Assembly (NCBI GenBank): GCA_963754925.1
Contig: CAVWHX010000004.1
Coordinates: 1,088,001 to 1,152,000, forward strand
Direction of reading: 5' to 3'
DNA: 64,000 bases
Origin: an uncultured delta proteobacterium
GTDB lineage: Bacteria > Myxococcota > B64-G9
Shown: positions 20,047 through 31,017 of the stretch, piece by piece
Numbering within the stretch: position 1 is the stretch's first letter
Layout: each line of letters starts with the position of its first letter
Position numbers and translations under genes: made by a program
Notes under the pieces: generated by a model
What the model was told of the DNA's origin: nothing
Database searches by the model: none
What the model saw: the letters and a program-made list of their open reading frames with translations, nothing else

Positions 20047-20117
20047 CTGAGGCGGAAGGATTCGAACCTTCATAAACGGATCCAAAGTCCGTTGTCCTGC
20101 CATTAGACGACGCCTCA
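20047..20117 (-). tRNA. tRNA-Gln (TTG), CCA not encoded
   Basis: TGAGGCG/CGCCTCA acceptor stem, ACGGA-CTTTGGA-TCCGT anticodon arm, GGTTCGAATCC T arm. Confidence 0.95.
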
Positions 20118-20243
20118 TTCAGCGCCCCTACGCCTACCAACAACCACAGGGTCAAGTCAACTGAATCTCGCCGCCTTGGCAATCGGAATTGATTCTCTGT
20201 TCTATTCAGAATATAAGGCTCATTAAGGGGAGGAGTGTGGTGC

Positions 20244-20534
20244 ATGATCAAAAAGGTTATTTGGTTAGTCATTTTGGTGGCGATTGGCTATGTCGGCTAT
20301 CGCATCTGGCAAAACCTCAATGATCAGGAGCGGACGGCCGTAAAAACCAAGGCTGGCGAAGTGTTTGATACAACCACCGAAGGCCTCAAGGGGGTAGCCG
20401 ACAAACTCACCGAGACGACCAAGGAGTCGATAGACAAGCACCTCCTCAAAGAAACGCTTCCGGCTGAAGAGAAGCCGCGGCAGTCAGTCAAAACGAAGAC
20501 GACCACGCCGGCCCAGGATGCCAAGAAACCGTGA
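20244..20534 (+). CDS. Small membrane-anchored hypothetical protein
   Basis: N-terminal TM helix KKVIWLVILVAIGYVGY; GGAGG RBS upstream. Confidence 0.65.
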   Translation: MIKKVIWLVILVAIGYVGYRIWQNLNDQERTAVKTKAGEVFDTTTEGLKGVADKLTETTKESIDKHLLKETLPAEEKPRQSVKTKTTTPAQDAKKP

Positions 20535-20588
20535 TCGATCCGGGGTGCGTGGAGGTTGATTACGGGATCCGACCGAGGGCCGCGGCGA

Positions 20589-23500
20589 CTACTTTTGCAG
20601 GCATCGGACGGTAAGGACGTTCTCGCGCAAGCGGCGGATGCCCTCAACCGCGGCGCGGGCTGCCGAGAGCGTGGAGATGATCGGCACGCGGTGCTCGATA
20701 GCCGCCCGACGCAATGCATGCTCGTCGTAAAATGACGACCCTCCGAGCGGCGTGTTGATCATGAGATCCACTTCGTGGTTGTGGATCGCGTCGGCGATAT
20801 TCGGACGGCCCTCGTTGACCTTGTACACTTTGATTACTTTAAGTCCGCTGCGCTCGAGACGCTCGGCGTTTCCGCGGGTGGCCATGAGGGTAAAACCCAG
20901 CTCGGCGAACTCGCGGGCGATTGATACGACTTCGTCCTTGTCACGGTCGTTGACCGAAATGCACACCGTCCCGTGCACGGGCAGCGTCTGGCCGGCGGAC
21001 ATCATGCCTTTCGCAAAGGCGAGTCCAAACTCTACATCCGTGCCGTACGCCTCACCGGTGGAGCGCATCTCCGGGCCGAGTATGGGGTCGAATCCGGGAA
21101 AACGATCGAAGGGGAAGACCGGTACTTTGATGGCGAAACCGAGCGACCGTGGTTCCTCGCGCAGGCCAAGTTCTGCAAGCGTGTGGCCCACCATTATTTT
21201 GGCGGCCAACTTGGCGAAGGGGATCCCGCAGGCCTTTGACAAAAAGGGCACCGTACGGCTTGCTCGTGGATTGACTTCCAGTACGTACACATGGTCTTCG
21301 AAAATGGCGTACTGCACATTCATCAAACCGCGCACCTGAAGATCGAGTCCCAAGAGTTTGGTGTGCCGGCGGATCGTCTCGAGGTGTTTTTGTTTAACTT
21401 TCCAGGTGGGCAGCACCGCCACCGAATCGCCCGAGTGGATGCCAGCTTCCTCGAGATGTTCCATGATCCCGCAGATGACCACGTCTTGACCGTCGCCTAA
21501 CGCATCAACGTCGATCTCGAACGCGTCCTCGAGGAAACGGTCGACCAGGATCGCCCGACCTGACGAGGCCTTCACGGCGTTGTCCAGGTATTCGCCCAAG
21601 CGGCTGTCATCGTAGCAGACCGCCATAGCTTGGCCGCCCAGGACGTACGATGGCCGCACCAGCACCGGATAGCCGAGGCGGTGCGCTACCGCGCGCGCCT
21701 CGTCGATGTTGTTGGCGGTGCCGTAGTCGGGGCGGGAGATGCCCAGCCGATCCAGCAACGCTCCGAAGCGCCCTCTGTCCTCGGCCAGATCAATGGCCTC
21801 GGGCGATGTCCCTAAAATAGTCACCCCAGCCTGCGACAGCGGTCCAGCCAGCGAGAGCGGTGTTGCGCCGCCGAATTGAACTATCAAGCCCTTGGGTTTT
21901 TCCCGGTTGACGATTTCGAGTACGTCTTCGACGGTCAGCGGCTCGAAATACAGGCGATCGGAGATGTCGTAATCGGTCGAGACCGTCTCCGGGTTACAGT
22001 TGACCATGATGGTTTCATAGCCTTCTTCGCGCAGCGCCATGGTTGCATGCACGCAACAACAATCAAACTCGATGCCCTGACCGATACGGTTGGGCCCGCC
22101 GCCCAAGATCATCACTTTCGGCCGATCGCTGGATGAAACCTCGTCCTCATCGTCGTAGGAGGCGTAGTAGTAGGGAGTTTGGGCTGCGAACTCGGCTGCG
22201 CAGGTGTCGACGGTTTTGTACGCCGGGACGATCCCCTGCGCCCGCCGGTAGGCTGCAACCGTGTCTTCGGAAGTCTTGCACAGATACGCCACTTGTATGT
22301 CAGAGAAGCCGGCCCGCTTTGCGATGCGCAGCAGCGAACTCCCCACGGGCCACGGGGTCGAGGCGATCGTTCTTTCGAGTTCCAACAAGTTGTGGATTTG
22401 CTGTAAAAACCACCGGTCGATACGGGTGGCTGCATAGACTTCTTCAAGCGATCGTCCGGCCTCGAAGGCCGCCCGCACCCAAAAAAGCCGATCGGGTCGG
22501 GGGGTTACGAGATTTTCGTGAATACGGTCGGGATCGATCCAATCCTTGCCGTCGGCGCCGAGGCCGGCCCTGCCGACCTCAAGCGAGCGCAGGGCCTTCT
22601 GCAGTGCCTGCTGGAAGGTTCGGCCGATGGACATCACTTCACCAACCGAGCGCATTTGCGTATCCAAGGTATTCGAGGCGCCGGGGAATTTTTTAAACGC
22701 GAACCGGGGCACCTTGACGACCACGTAGTCGAGCGACGGCTCGAAGCTGGCCGGCGTTACCCTGGTGATGTCGTTACGAATCTCGTCGAGGGTCAAGCCG
22801 ACGGCAAGCTTGGCGGCAATTTTGGCGATGGGAAACCCCGTCGCTTTGCTGGCCAGCGCCGACGAGCGCGATACGCGCGGATTCATCTCGATGACCACCG
22901 TGCGACCGGTTTCGGGATGAACCGCAAACTGGATATTAGCGCCGCCGGTCTCAACGCCCACGCGGCGGATGACCCGGCGCGCCAAGTCGCGCATAGCCTG
23001 GTACTCCACATCCGAAAGGGTCATGGCCGGGGCGACGGTAACGGAGTCACCGGTGTGCACACCCATGGGATCGATGTTCTCGATTGAGCAGACCACGACG
23101 AAGCGGTCGCGGCAATCGCGCATCACCTCGAGTTCGTATTCCTTCCAACCCAGGACGCCTTCCTCCACCAGCACCTCGCCGATGGGCGAGGCGGAAATGC
23201 CGCGCCAGACAGCCCTGCGAAGCTCCTCGATGTTGTAGGCCACCCCGCCGCCTTCCCCTCCCAGGGTGAAGCTGGGACGCACGACCACCGGGAATCCAAT
23301 CTCGTGCATCTGCGCGACCGCGGCCTCAGGCGACGAGGCGAGAAACGAACGGGGCATGTCCAGCCCCTCGGCGGCCATAGCTGCTCGAAAGAGCCGCCGA
23401 TCCTCTGCCACGCGGATAGTTTCCAATCGTGCGCCGATCAATCGGGTGCCGCTCTCGCGCAAAATACCCGTTTCAGCGAGCTTGACCGACAGATTGAGCG

Positions 23501-23783
23501 CCGTCTGCCCGCCAACCGTCGGGAGCAACGCGTCCGGGCGCTCGCGCTCGATGATCTTGGCCACCGCCGAGACCGTGAGCGGCTCGATGTAGGTCCGTTC
23601 GGCGACTTCCGGGTCAGTCATGATGGTGGCCGGGTTCGAGTTGACCAGCACCACCGTATAGCCTTCCTCCCGTAACGCCCGCGCAGCCTGGGTTCCCGAG
23701 TAGTCGAACTCGCACGCCTGGCCGATAACAATCGGCCCGGAGCCGATCACCAAGATCTTGTGGATATCATCTCGTCTGGGCAT
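20589..23783 (-). CDS. carB: Carbamoyl-phosphate synthase large subunit
   Basis: [30 protein letters not shown], two ATP-grasp repeats, C-terminal MGS domain. Confidence 0.98.
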   Translation of the reverse strand: MPRRDDIHKILVIGSGPIVIGQACEFDYSGTQAARALREEGYTVVLVNSNPATIMTDPEVAERTYIEPLTVSAVAKIIERERPDALLPTVGGQTALNLSVKLAETGILRESGTRLIGARLETIRVAEDRRLFRAAMAAEGLDMPRSFLASSPEAAVAQMHEIGFPVVVRPSFTLGGEGGGVAYNIEELRRAVWRGISASPIGEVLVEEGVLGWKEYELEVMRDCRDRFVVVCSIENIDPMGVHTGDSVTVAPAMTLSDVEYQAMRDLARRVIRRVGVETGGANIQFAVHPETGRTVVIEMNPRVSRSSALASKATGFPIAKIAAKLAVGLTLDEIRNDITRVTPASFEPSLDYVVVKVPRFAFKKFPGASNTLDTQMRSVGEVMSIGRTFQQALQKALRSLEVGRAGLGADGKDWIDPDRIHENLVTPRPDRLFWVRAAFEAGRSLEEVYAATRIDRWFLQQIHNLLELERTIASTPWPVGSSLLRIAKRAGFSDIQVAYLCKTSEDTVAAYRRAQGIVPAYKTVDTCAAEFAAQTPYYYASYDDEDEVSSSDRPKVMILGGGPNRIGQGIEFDCCCVHATMALREEGYETIMVNCNPETVSTDYDISDRLYFEPLTVEDVLEIVNREKPKGLIVQFGGATPLSLAGPLSQAGVTILGTSPEAIDLAEDRGRFGALLDRLGISRPDYGTANNIDEARAVAHRLGYPVLVRPSYVLGGQAMAVCYDDSRLGEYLDNAVKASSGRAILVDRFLEDAFEIDVDALGDGQDVVICGIMEHLEEAGIHSGDSVAVLPTWKVKQKHLETIRRHTKLLGLDLQVRGLMNVQYAIFEDHVYVLEVNPRASRTVPFLSKACGIPFAKLAAKIMVGHTLAELGLREEPRSLGFAIKVPVFPFDRFPGFDPILGPEMRSTGEAYGTDVEFGLAFAKGMMSAGQTLPVHGTVCISVNDRDKDEVVSIAREFAELGFTLMATRGNAERLERSGLKVIKVYKVNEGRPNIADAIHNHEVDLMINTPLGGSSFYDEHALRRAAIEHRVPIISTLSAARAAVEGIRRLRENVLTVRCLQK

Positions 23784-23807
23784 TCGAACCACGCTCGCGA
23801 AGCAGGT

Positions 23808-24878
23808 TTAAAACCGATCGAAGATTCCCGTTGCGTCCGATGGTCCAGGACAGGCTTCGGGGTGAAACTGAACCGTCAAGAAACGGCGTTCTGTGGAGGC
23901 AAAACCCTCAAGCGTATGGTCGTAGAGGCTCATATGGGTCACCGCCACGTCCGTGCGTGGCAGCGAGTCTGGATCCACCGCGAACCCATGGTTCTGGGCG
24001 GTGATCCAAATCTCGCCCGTGATCTCGTCGTGCACGGGATGGTTGCCGCCGTGGTGACCGAAGCGCAACTTGTAGGTCTTGCCGCCGAGGGCAAGTGCCA
24101 TGATTTGGTGGCCGAGGCAAATTCCCAACAGGGGCAAGCGGCCGATGAGCGCCCGGGTGGTGTTGATGGCGACGTGCACCGCGGCGGGATCGCCCGGGCC
24201 GTTTGAAAGAACGACGCCGTCCGGTTTTTCGGCCAGCACCTGCTCCGCCGTGGTCAGAGCCGGCAGCACGCGGACCGCGATCCCGCGAGCCGAAAGGTTC
24301 CTGATGATACCCCGCTTGACCCCGTAGTCGAGCAGAACCACGCGGTGGAGCCGGTCCCCCGCGGCCGGATAATCGTAGGGCGCTTTGGTGGTGACCTGAC
24401 CGGTCAGATCGGCGCCGACGAGCGACGGCGAAGCTCGGACTTTTTCAACCGGATCGATGTCAACCGGGGGCGTGGTCCAGATCCCGCCGCGCATGGCGCC
24501 GCACTCGCGGAGATGTCGGGTCAACGCCCGCGTGTCCACCTCGTCAATGCCAACGATGCCGTGATCGGCCAGCCACGATCCCAGATCCCCTTGGCAACGC
24601 CAACTGCTGGCCAGGGGTGAGAGTTCCCGAATCACCACGCCGCTGAGTGCAGGGAGCGCTGCTTGTAGGTCTTGGTCACAAATCCCGTAATTACCGATCT
24701 GCGGGGCGGTAAAGGTAACAATTTGCCCGCAGTAGGAAGGATCGCTGATGATCTCTTGGTAGCCGGTCATACTCGTATTGAAGACCACCTCGCCAAAGGC
24801 CACGCCGCTATGACCGACTCCTCGGCCCCGAAATATGCGGCCATCTTCAAGCACTAAGATCGCTTCAGGGTCACTCAT
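23808..24878 (-). CDS. carA: Carbamoyl-phosphate synthase small subunit (C-terminus possibly clipped by a missing T)
   Basis: LVLEDG, GEVVFNT, LSNGPGDP, GICLGHQ, QFHPE. Confidence 0.97.
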   Translation of the reverse strand: MSDPEAILVLEDGRIFRGRGVGHSGVAFGEVVFNTSMTGYQEIISDPSYCGQIVTFTAPQIGNYGICDQDLQAALPALSGVVIRELSPLASSWRCQGDLGSWLADHGIVGIDEVDTRALTRHLRECGAMRGGIWTTPPVDIDPVEKVRASPSLVGADLTGQVTTKAPYDYPAAGDRLHRVVLLDYGVKRGIIRNLSARGIAVRVLPALTTAEQVLAEKPDGVVLSNGPGDPAAVHVAINTTRALIGRLPLLGICLGHQIMALALGGKTYKLRFGHHGGNHPVHDEITGEIWITAQNHGFAVDPDSLPRTDVAVTHMSLYDHTLEGFASTERRFLTVQFHPEACPGPSDATGIFDRF

Positions 24879-25008
24879 GCGCTCCCCACATTGCACGACC
24901 AGGACCGTCTGTCAAGATCAGCTGTCAACACACCCTGCTCCTGGCGGAAAAACGCAGTGAGGCGCTCGGCGCTCATCGCGCTGGCGCGGCACTGGTCCGT
25001 TCCGCGGC

Positions 25009-26247
25009 CTATCCAAACGTATAGTGAAAATCATGGCTGTTGAAACGCCCTTCCAAAATCGCGAGCGTGTCCTCGGCAATGACCAACTCTTCATTGGTGG
25101 GAACGACGAGGACCTTTGTTTGACTGCGTTCGGTCGTTATGAATTCCTCGCGCAGGCCGCCAACGGCCTTGTTGTTGGCGGCAGGATCAAGTTCAATGCC
25201 TAAAAATTCCAAGCCTTCCAGCGTGCGCGCTCGAATGAACGGTGCGTTTTCTCCGACGCCGGCGGTAAAGATGACGCCGTCAAGGCCGCCCATGATCGCG
25301 GCGTACGAGCCGATCGCTTTCTTCAGGGTGCGCGACTCGACATCAATCGCGAGCCGGCAGCGCCGGTCCCCGGTGTCCGCGGCTTGTATGATCTCGCGCC
25401 GATCGTAAAAGCGGCCGGTTATTCCCAGCAGACCACTGTGCTTGTTGAGCATACCGTCCATTTCATCGGGGCTGGTTCCCTCGCGCTGCATGAGCCACAG
25501 CGGGATGGCCGGATCGATGGATCCACACCGCGTGCCCATCACCAAACCTTCAAGCGGGGTGAAGCCCATCGAGGTGTCCACTGACCGACCCCGGCAAACC
25601 GCCGCCGCCGAGGCGCCGTTGCCCACGTGGAGGGAGACCAGGCGGAGCGAGTCATACGGTCGGCCCAGGAGGACGGCGGCGCGTCGAGAGACGTACAAGT
25701 GGCTGGTGCCGTGAAAGCCATAGCGCCGGATTCCATAGGTCTCATACCAGGCGTACGGCAGCGGGTAGAGATACGCTTCGGCTGGCATGCTCTGGTGAAA
25801 CGCGGTATCGAAGACCGCAACCTGCGGGATACCGGGAAGCAGGTGCGCAGCGGCGCGGATGCCAGCTAGGTTGGGTGGATTGTGGAGCGGCGCAAGCACC
25901 GAAAGCTGCTCGAGTGTTCCGATCATCTCCGCGGTAATGAGCGCGCTGCTGGCGAAGTGCTCGCCGCCATGGACGGTACGGTGGCCGACCGCCTGAATTT
26001 CGCGTCGATCGCGTATGGCTGGCGACTGACCGTTCGTAAGCATGTCCAACACCAGGTCAACGGCGGCGACATGATCGGAGCAGTCGCGCGCAAGCGTAAG
26101 CTGGAGGTCGGCAGCGCTGTGCCTCAGAATCGTTCCGGATATCCCCACGCGCTCCACTACTCCCCGACAGGCGAAAGCTTTGAGCGATGGTGCATACAGA
26201 GCGTATTTAACCGATGAGGAGCCGCAATTGAGGGTCAGGATACTCAT
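25009..26247 (-). CDS. ackA: Acetate kinase
   Basis: ILTLNCGSSSVKY, GHRTVHGG, APLHN, FDTAFH, YGFHGTSH, FTAGVGEN, PTNEE. Confidence 0.97.
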   Translation of the reverse strand: MSILTLNCGSSSVKYALYAPSLKAFACRGVVERVGISGTILRHSAADLQLTLARDCSDHVAAVDLVLDMLTNGQSPAIRDRREIQAVGHRTVHGGEHFASSALITAEMIGTLEQLSVLAPLHNPPNLAGIRAAAHLLPGIPQVAVFDTAFHQSMPAEAYLYPLPYAWYETYGIRRYGFHGTSHLYVSRRAAVLLGRPYDSLRLVSLHVGNGASAAAVCRGRSVDTSMGFTPLEGLVMGTRCGSIDPAIPLWLMQREGTSPDEMDGMLNKHSGLLGITGRFYDRREIIQAADTGDRRCRLAIDVESRTLKKAIGSYAAIMGGLDGVIFTAGVGENAPFIRARTLEGLEFLGIELDPAANNKAVGGLREEFITTERSQTKVLVVPTNEELVIAEDTLAILEGRFNSHDFHYTFG

Positions 26248-26499
26248 GGTTAATATTTCACCCGTGCTGTAGCAACAGGGATGATCTTGTTTCTGCCTGA
26301 AGGTAACGACGGATACGTTCGGGTCAATGCGTCCATCTCGGGTCCAGAAGACTATCATACCCTTGGCATTCTTGACAATCATGTATTTACGGCAATATCG
26401 TGATATACTTGATGTCGTCTTTGTGGATGGTACTACTATGAGCGCCGGGGCAACTGTTATCAACCGTTATAACGGTTAAGTACTAACGGCGGAGGGTAC

Positions 26500-27285
26500 A
26501 TGGTCGAAAAGGGATCGGGTGTTGAGAGACGGCAACACAACCGTGCGCCGATGATGCTCAAAGTGGCTTCCCGTGATACCCGGACCATGTTGAATGTCTT
26601 TACTGAAAATATTTCCCAAGGGGGCGTCTTCATAGCAACCAACGAACAATTTAGCGTTGGCGAGGAAGTGGAATTTGAGATCTCCTTTCCGGGATTGCTT
26701 GATCCGATTCCTATGAAAGGTTTGGTAAAGTGGAGCCGTAAGTCCCTCTCACTTGACGAGCCGGCCGGGATCGGCATCGAGTTTCTCTCGAGCCACTCAG
26801 CCGGCGCCAATTCCTTTTTTCAGCTGGTGGCTAACATAGAGTCGGGTGGAAAGCAGCGGGACGAGGTTTCTGAAATTGTCTTTCGGGTGCTCCTGGTCGA
26901 GGATAACGCCGTGGTGCGCGACATGTTCCGCTATGGGGTTGAAAAGATCTCCTTGCGCCAACGCGCCATCCGGGCGCGGGTCGAAGTCGAGGAGGCCGGT
27001 GACGGGAAAGAGGCCTGGACCATACTCAAATCTCGGCCGTTTCATCTGGTGATTCTTGATCTGTATATGCCGGTTATGGATGGTGCGCAATTGATTGAGC
27101 TGGTACGCAAAGATGAGCAGCTCAAGGATCTGATCATCCTGGTGGTCAGTGCGGGGGGCATTGAGGGAAAGGACCTCGCCAAGCACTATGGCGCCGACGC
27201 GTATCTTGACAAACCCATCAAGCTCAAGGACATGACCGAGACCATCGCCACCCTCTTGGCGGTAGGGCAGCGTCCCAAACGATGA
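26500..27285 (+). CDS. PilZ (TIGR02266-like) + receiver domain protein
   Basis: ERRQHNRAP..ENISQGGVF PilZ motifs; VLLVED, LDLYMP, DKP receiver motifs. Confidence 0.88.
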   Translation: MVEKGSGVERRQHNRAPMMLKVASRDTRTMLNVFTENISQGGVFIATNEQFSVGEEVEFEISFPGLLDPIPMKGLVKWSRKSLSLDEPAGIGIEFLSSHSAGANSFFQLVANIESGGKQRDEVSEIVFRVLLVEDNAVVRDMFRYGVEKISLRQRAIRARVEVEEAGDGKEAWTILKSRPFHLVILDLYMPVMDGAQLIELVRKDEQLKDLIILVVSAGGIEGKDLAKHYGADAYLDKPIKLKDMTETIATLLAVGQRPKR

Positions 27286-27307
27286 AGGATTTCTAGAGAG
27301 ATGTGCC

Positions 27308-27970
27308 ATGGCGTCTGAGCCTAATGAGGTCTCCCTCAAGGAGCCTGATAAGCTGGTGTCAGTCCTTGAGAAGCGGGTTGAACACCTTCGTTCAACCTAT
27401 GACCAATATTTTCAGGGCCTCGAGCGCGTCGAGCCACTTCCCGAACGAGCAGACCTCCGACGCCAGATACTGCAGATACGCACCATCCAGTCCCGTAATA
27501 CCGGCCTGCGCTTTCGCATTAATCAACTCGTGGCCAAGTTCAACGTCTACGAAGATTACTGGAACCGTGTGGCGCGCCAAGTCGAGGAGGGCACCTACAG
27601 TCGGGAAATAGCCATGGCCCACTATCGCCTCAAGAAGAGGACTGAGCGCGATACGGATCGTGAAAAAATAAGCGCTGCTGCTCCATCCCCAAAGCATCCG
27701 CCGACAGAAAAACCAGATGCCGATGCCGCCTCGTCGGGCGCCACCGTCAGGAACGTTTTGACCGATGATAAGCTCAGTGCAATCTACGAGGCGTATGTGA
27801 AGGCTAAAAGGCGTTGCCAGGAAAACGTCAACGGATTGACCAAAGAGGTTCTGGCGTCTTCAATCAAGAAGCAGGTTTCGGCCATTATGAGTAAGCACAA
27901 CTGTAAGAGTATAGAATTCAAGGTGTTAATTAAAGATGGTAAAGCGGTGCTGAAAGTATTGCCGAAATAA
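27308..27970 (+). CDS. MXAN_5187 C-terminal domain-like protein
   Basis: YDQYFQGLERVEP..NTGLRFR..YWNR..IYEAYVKAK..EFKVLIKDGKAVLK pattern. Confidence 0.75.
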   Translation: MASEPNEVSLKEPDKLVSVLEKRVEHLRSTYDQYFQGLERVEPLPERADLRRQILQIRTIQSRNTGLRFRINQLVAKFNVYEDYWNRVARQVEEGTYSREIAMAHYRLKKRTERDTDREKISAAAPSPKHPPTEKPDADAASSGATVRNVLTDDKLSAIYEAYVKAKRRCQENVNGLTKEVLASSIKKQVSAIMSKHNCKSIEFKVLIKDGKAVLKVLPK

Positions 27971-28135
27971 CCGGCGCTCACGAAGTCTATCAGAGTCTTC
28001 TTCTTGACCATCACTATCTGCGCCATATCGTAAGCCAATCGTGCAATGCAACCTTGTTTCAAGAATAGTCGGGGTTTGTCGTTTGTTTTATGATAATGGT
28101 GAGTGCCATGTTTTACGGTAAGGAGGCAGAACAAC

Positions 28136-28612
28136 ATGGAGAAATTGAAACGGATAGCCCTGGTAGCTCATGACAATCGCAAAAAAGATCTCGTTGAATG
28201 GGTTGAATGGAACTACCAACGGCTTATCAAACATCAGATTACGTGCACGGGCACTACCGGTCAGCTCGTTGAAGCAACCATTAACCGTAAAGCCGGTCAT
28301 GACGGGGTTGATACGAGTAAGCTTTCTATTACCAAGCTTAAGTCCGGGCCGCTCGGCGGGGATCAACAGCTCGGCGGCCTGATTGCCGAAGGCAAAATCG
28401 ATTTTGTCATTTTCTTTTGGGACCCGCTTGAGCCGCATCCCCACGATGTTGATGTGAAGGCCTTGCTGCGCATCGCCGTGGTATACAATATACCGTTAGC
28501 GTGCAACCGCGCGACAGCCGATTTCTTAATCTCGTCGCCGCTTATGGAAGAAGAGTACCGGCAGAGATCGGAACAATACGCTACCTATCTCTCGCGAAAC
28601 CTGCCGACCTAA
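28136..28612 (+). CDS. mgsA: Methylglyoxal synthase
   Basis: IALVAHDNRK, TGTTG, SGPLGGDQQ, FFWDPLEPHPHDVDVKALLR. Confidence 0.96.
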   Translation: MEKLKRIALVAHDNRKKDLVEWVEWNYQRLIKHQITCTGTTGQLVEATINRKAGHDGVDTSKLSITKLKSGPLGGDQQLGGLIAEGKIDFVIFFWDPLEPHPHDVDVKALLRIAVVYNIPLACNRATADFLISSPLMEEEYRQRSEQYATYLSRNLPT

Positions 28613-28889
28613 CGGGATCGGTCCGCTTCGTCCTTCGCGTGCGCCATGTTCAAAATCAAGTGCGAGAGGGTATCTTCTCTAGGCTATCGCGGAGCCATGC
28701 TTGAATCCCGTTGAGCAACGCCGGTTCATCCTGCACCAGCAGCATCAACCGGTTGATGATCTTTACCTCTATAGTATCAGAATAAGTGCGATGGGGGTCA
28801 ATGAGAAGAATCTGGACGCAAAGTATCTTGCAAAGAAAAAACGTGTTATCATAAAAGTATTCGATCGGTGCTCTACGGGGAGGTGATTC

Positions 28890-29306
28890 ATGAAGCAGGC
28901 TGCAAAAGAGCATGACGTGAAGGAACACACCTCCGACTTACCGAAGATCCTTGTTGCCGATGATGACCTGGAAATCCTGAGAGTCGTTGAGGCGGCGCTC
29001 AAGCCGATTGGCGCTACGGTGATCACGGCCAGCAACGGCGAGGAAGCTCTCGAACGAATTCTCACCGAGAAGCCGACACTCGTGATCCTGGATGTAATGA
29101 TGCCTGGCCTCACCGGTTGGGAGGTTGCTAAATATATTCGTGGCCACCCTGAATACCGGCATGTCCGTATCCTCATGGTGACCGGGATAGGCGAGGATAT
29201 CAATCAGGCCACATCGCCGATCATGGGTGCAGATGATTTCGTCAGCAAGCCCTTCACGTTTGAAGATCTAGCGAATCGAGTGCGTAGGCTCTTGCCGGCA
29301 TCCTAA
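28890..29306 (+). CDS. Single-domain response regulator
   Basis: ILVADDD, LDVMMP, GADDFVSKPF. Confidence 0.9.
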   Translation: MKQAAKEHDVKEHTSDLPKILVADDDLEILRVVEAALKPIGATVITASNGEEALERILTEKPTLVILDVMMPGLTGWEVAKYIRGHPEYRHVRILMVTGIGEDINQATSPIMGADDFVSKPFTFEDLANRVRRLLPAS

Positions 29307-30331
29307 TCAATCCAACCGGGTGATCGACAGATCTCTCCACTCTGCACCACCCAATTTTCTTGGCTATCGGCAGCACCCAGATCGAGCCGGGTGGCTGAAC
29401 AGCCTTCTTGGGTGGAGAAGTCTATATAGCCCCCATAGCGAGTAACCTCCTGCCCCAATGGGTTGAGGATGGTTAGCACCTCGCCTTTTGAATTCTTCAA
29501 GCCATAGGGGGTCAGCGTGGAGCTGTCGACGCACAGCAGCTTCGTTGCCGGTGCCAGATCAGACGGCGGCACGAACGACCGGCTGACCAGGAGCGCTACC
29601 TGCTGCGGCTGCAATACTGAGGTCTCGTCCGGTGGACAACCGGCGATCGTTTGGCCTAACCCATCTCCACTTTGATCGGAAATGCGGTAGCCGCTCATAT
29701 CGCACGGCGTGTCGCCGAAACATATGAGCTCGATATACTCGCCTAGGCTGTCTTCGCCTATCGGGTTCGCTTGCACCTCAGATAGTACCACGGAGTCTGC
29801 CGAGAGATTTTGTGGCTGCGCCTCGAGGTGAGTCTTGAAGGCATGTTGTACGTGAGTGTTTTGCCCCACCAGCATCCCGTGATTGTCGCGGCTGAGGCTT
29901 TCTACCAAGGGATTGCCGGCGGCGTCGGTTGCCGCTGCAGAAACGATCACCTGATACGTGCATCCCGAAGCGAGCGGTAGGTTGGGTTTCAGTGAAAAAA
30001 GAACATGGTCTTGATCGAATGAGCTTGCGCACCCGACGAGTGCGGCCTGACGGCTGGCCGAAAGCGGTGGGGAGTCAAGGTCCTTGAGAAATTCAGCATC
30101 TACCGTTTCGGATTGAACTACCACCACCTGATCGTGCAAGAGCGTTTCGGACATTGGCTCGCTGAAACGGACCGTTATGATGGTATCGAGGGGAACGTCT
30201 TCCCCCTGCGGGGTGAATTCGATCACCTGCGGCGACACGGTGTCACCTGCGGGCGGCCCTACCTCCATACAGGCAACCACGGGAACCAACGCGAGCGCGC
30301 TGTACACCGCGATCGTGATCAGCGCTTTCAT
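29303..30331 (-). CDS. Lipoprotein with bacterial Ig-like (Big_5) and lamin-tail domains
   Basis: Lipobox VVAC; D.VSPQV..FTP..ITVRFSEPM..DAAGNPL; VVLSEVQANP..EYIEL..SPG. Confidence 0.75.
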   Translation of the reverse strand: MKALITIAVYSALALVPVVACMEVGPPAGDTVSPQVIEFTPQGEDVPLDTIITVRFSEPMSETLLHDQVVVVQSETVDAEFLKDLDSPPLSASRQAALVGCASSFDQDHVLFSLKPNLPLASGCTYQVIVSAAATDAAGNPLVESLSRDNHGMLVGQNTHVQHAFKTHLEAQPQNLSADSVVLSEVQANPIGEDSLGEYIELICFGDTPCDMSGYRISDQSGDGLGQTIAGCPPDETSVLQPQQVALLVSRSFVPPSDLAPATKLLCVDSSTLTPYGLKNSKGEVLTILNPLGQEVTRYGGYIDFSTQEGCSATRLDLGAADSQENWVVQSGEICRSPGWID

Positions 30332-30990
30332 GGTCGTACCTCGCACCACTGCCGTTGAAACCGGCCGCCGGTCCAGGCGTCGAGAGCCGCGGTCTCTTCC
30401 GCCGCCAGCTGAGCAAAACGGCTGCCGGGCTTTGGCATTCCGCGGCGCATGATCTTCTGTCGGGCGAAAAAGATGCGGATGACCTCCGTCGCGAGGTTTC
30501 GTCTCTCCCGCGCCCGCGTGGTCGTCTCGCGGCTTATCTGCAGCTCATCCGGGTTATAGGCAAACAGGGCGAGGTCCCACCCGATCGAGGCGTCCCAGCG
30601 TAGACCGGTGGTGTTCCTCAATTGATCGACGCGCGCGGTGCCCGGTTCGTAGCGGTAGTTCCAACTATTTCCCAGATCCTTTGAAAACCCGCCCGAGATC
30701 TTCGGCAGATACCCGCTGACGCGCGCCCGGGTGCGCCGGGAGAGATCCTCCTCGGGCAGGAGGGAGGCTTGCTCCCAGGTTGCTTGCACCACCTCGCGAA
30801 CCCTGGGTTCCTTAATCAAACACGGCGGTGGATCGTCCGGCGGCTGCTCGGTATTCGACCGGGTAGGCTCAGGGGGTAACCCCCGTTCGCTATGTTCCAC
30901 CGCAGCCTCATCCAGGGTCTTTGATTCATCGGCCCACGCAGATGCCATCGGTACTATTATGATCAGCAGATACCAGGTAGTTGTTTTCAT
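30328..30990 (-). CDS. Exported hypothetical protein resembling a single outer-membrane efflux (TolC) repeat
   Basis: Signal peptide; RARVSGYLPKIS, two beta strands ending WDL, helices EVIRIFFARQ..ALDAWTGGRF. Confidence 0.6.
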   Translation of the reverse strand: MKTTTWYLLIIIVPMASAWADESKTLDEAAVEHSERGLPPEPTRSNTEQPPDDPPPCLIKEPRVREVVQATWEQASLLPEEDLSRRTRARVSGYLPKISGGFSKDLGNSWNYRYEPGTARVDQLRNTTGLRWDASIGWDLALFAYNPDELQISRETTTRARERRNLATEVIRIFFARQKIMRRGMPKPGSRFAQLAAEETAALDAWTGGRFQRQWCEVRP

Positions 30991-31017
30991 GCATGGCTCC
31001 TCAATGCTGTTGGTTGC

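Noticed and set aside
26248..26463. 72 aa N-terminal extension of ackA in the ORF track
   Set aside because: Acetate kinases start at the ILxLNxGSSS motif; the extension covers the divergent promoter region.
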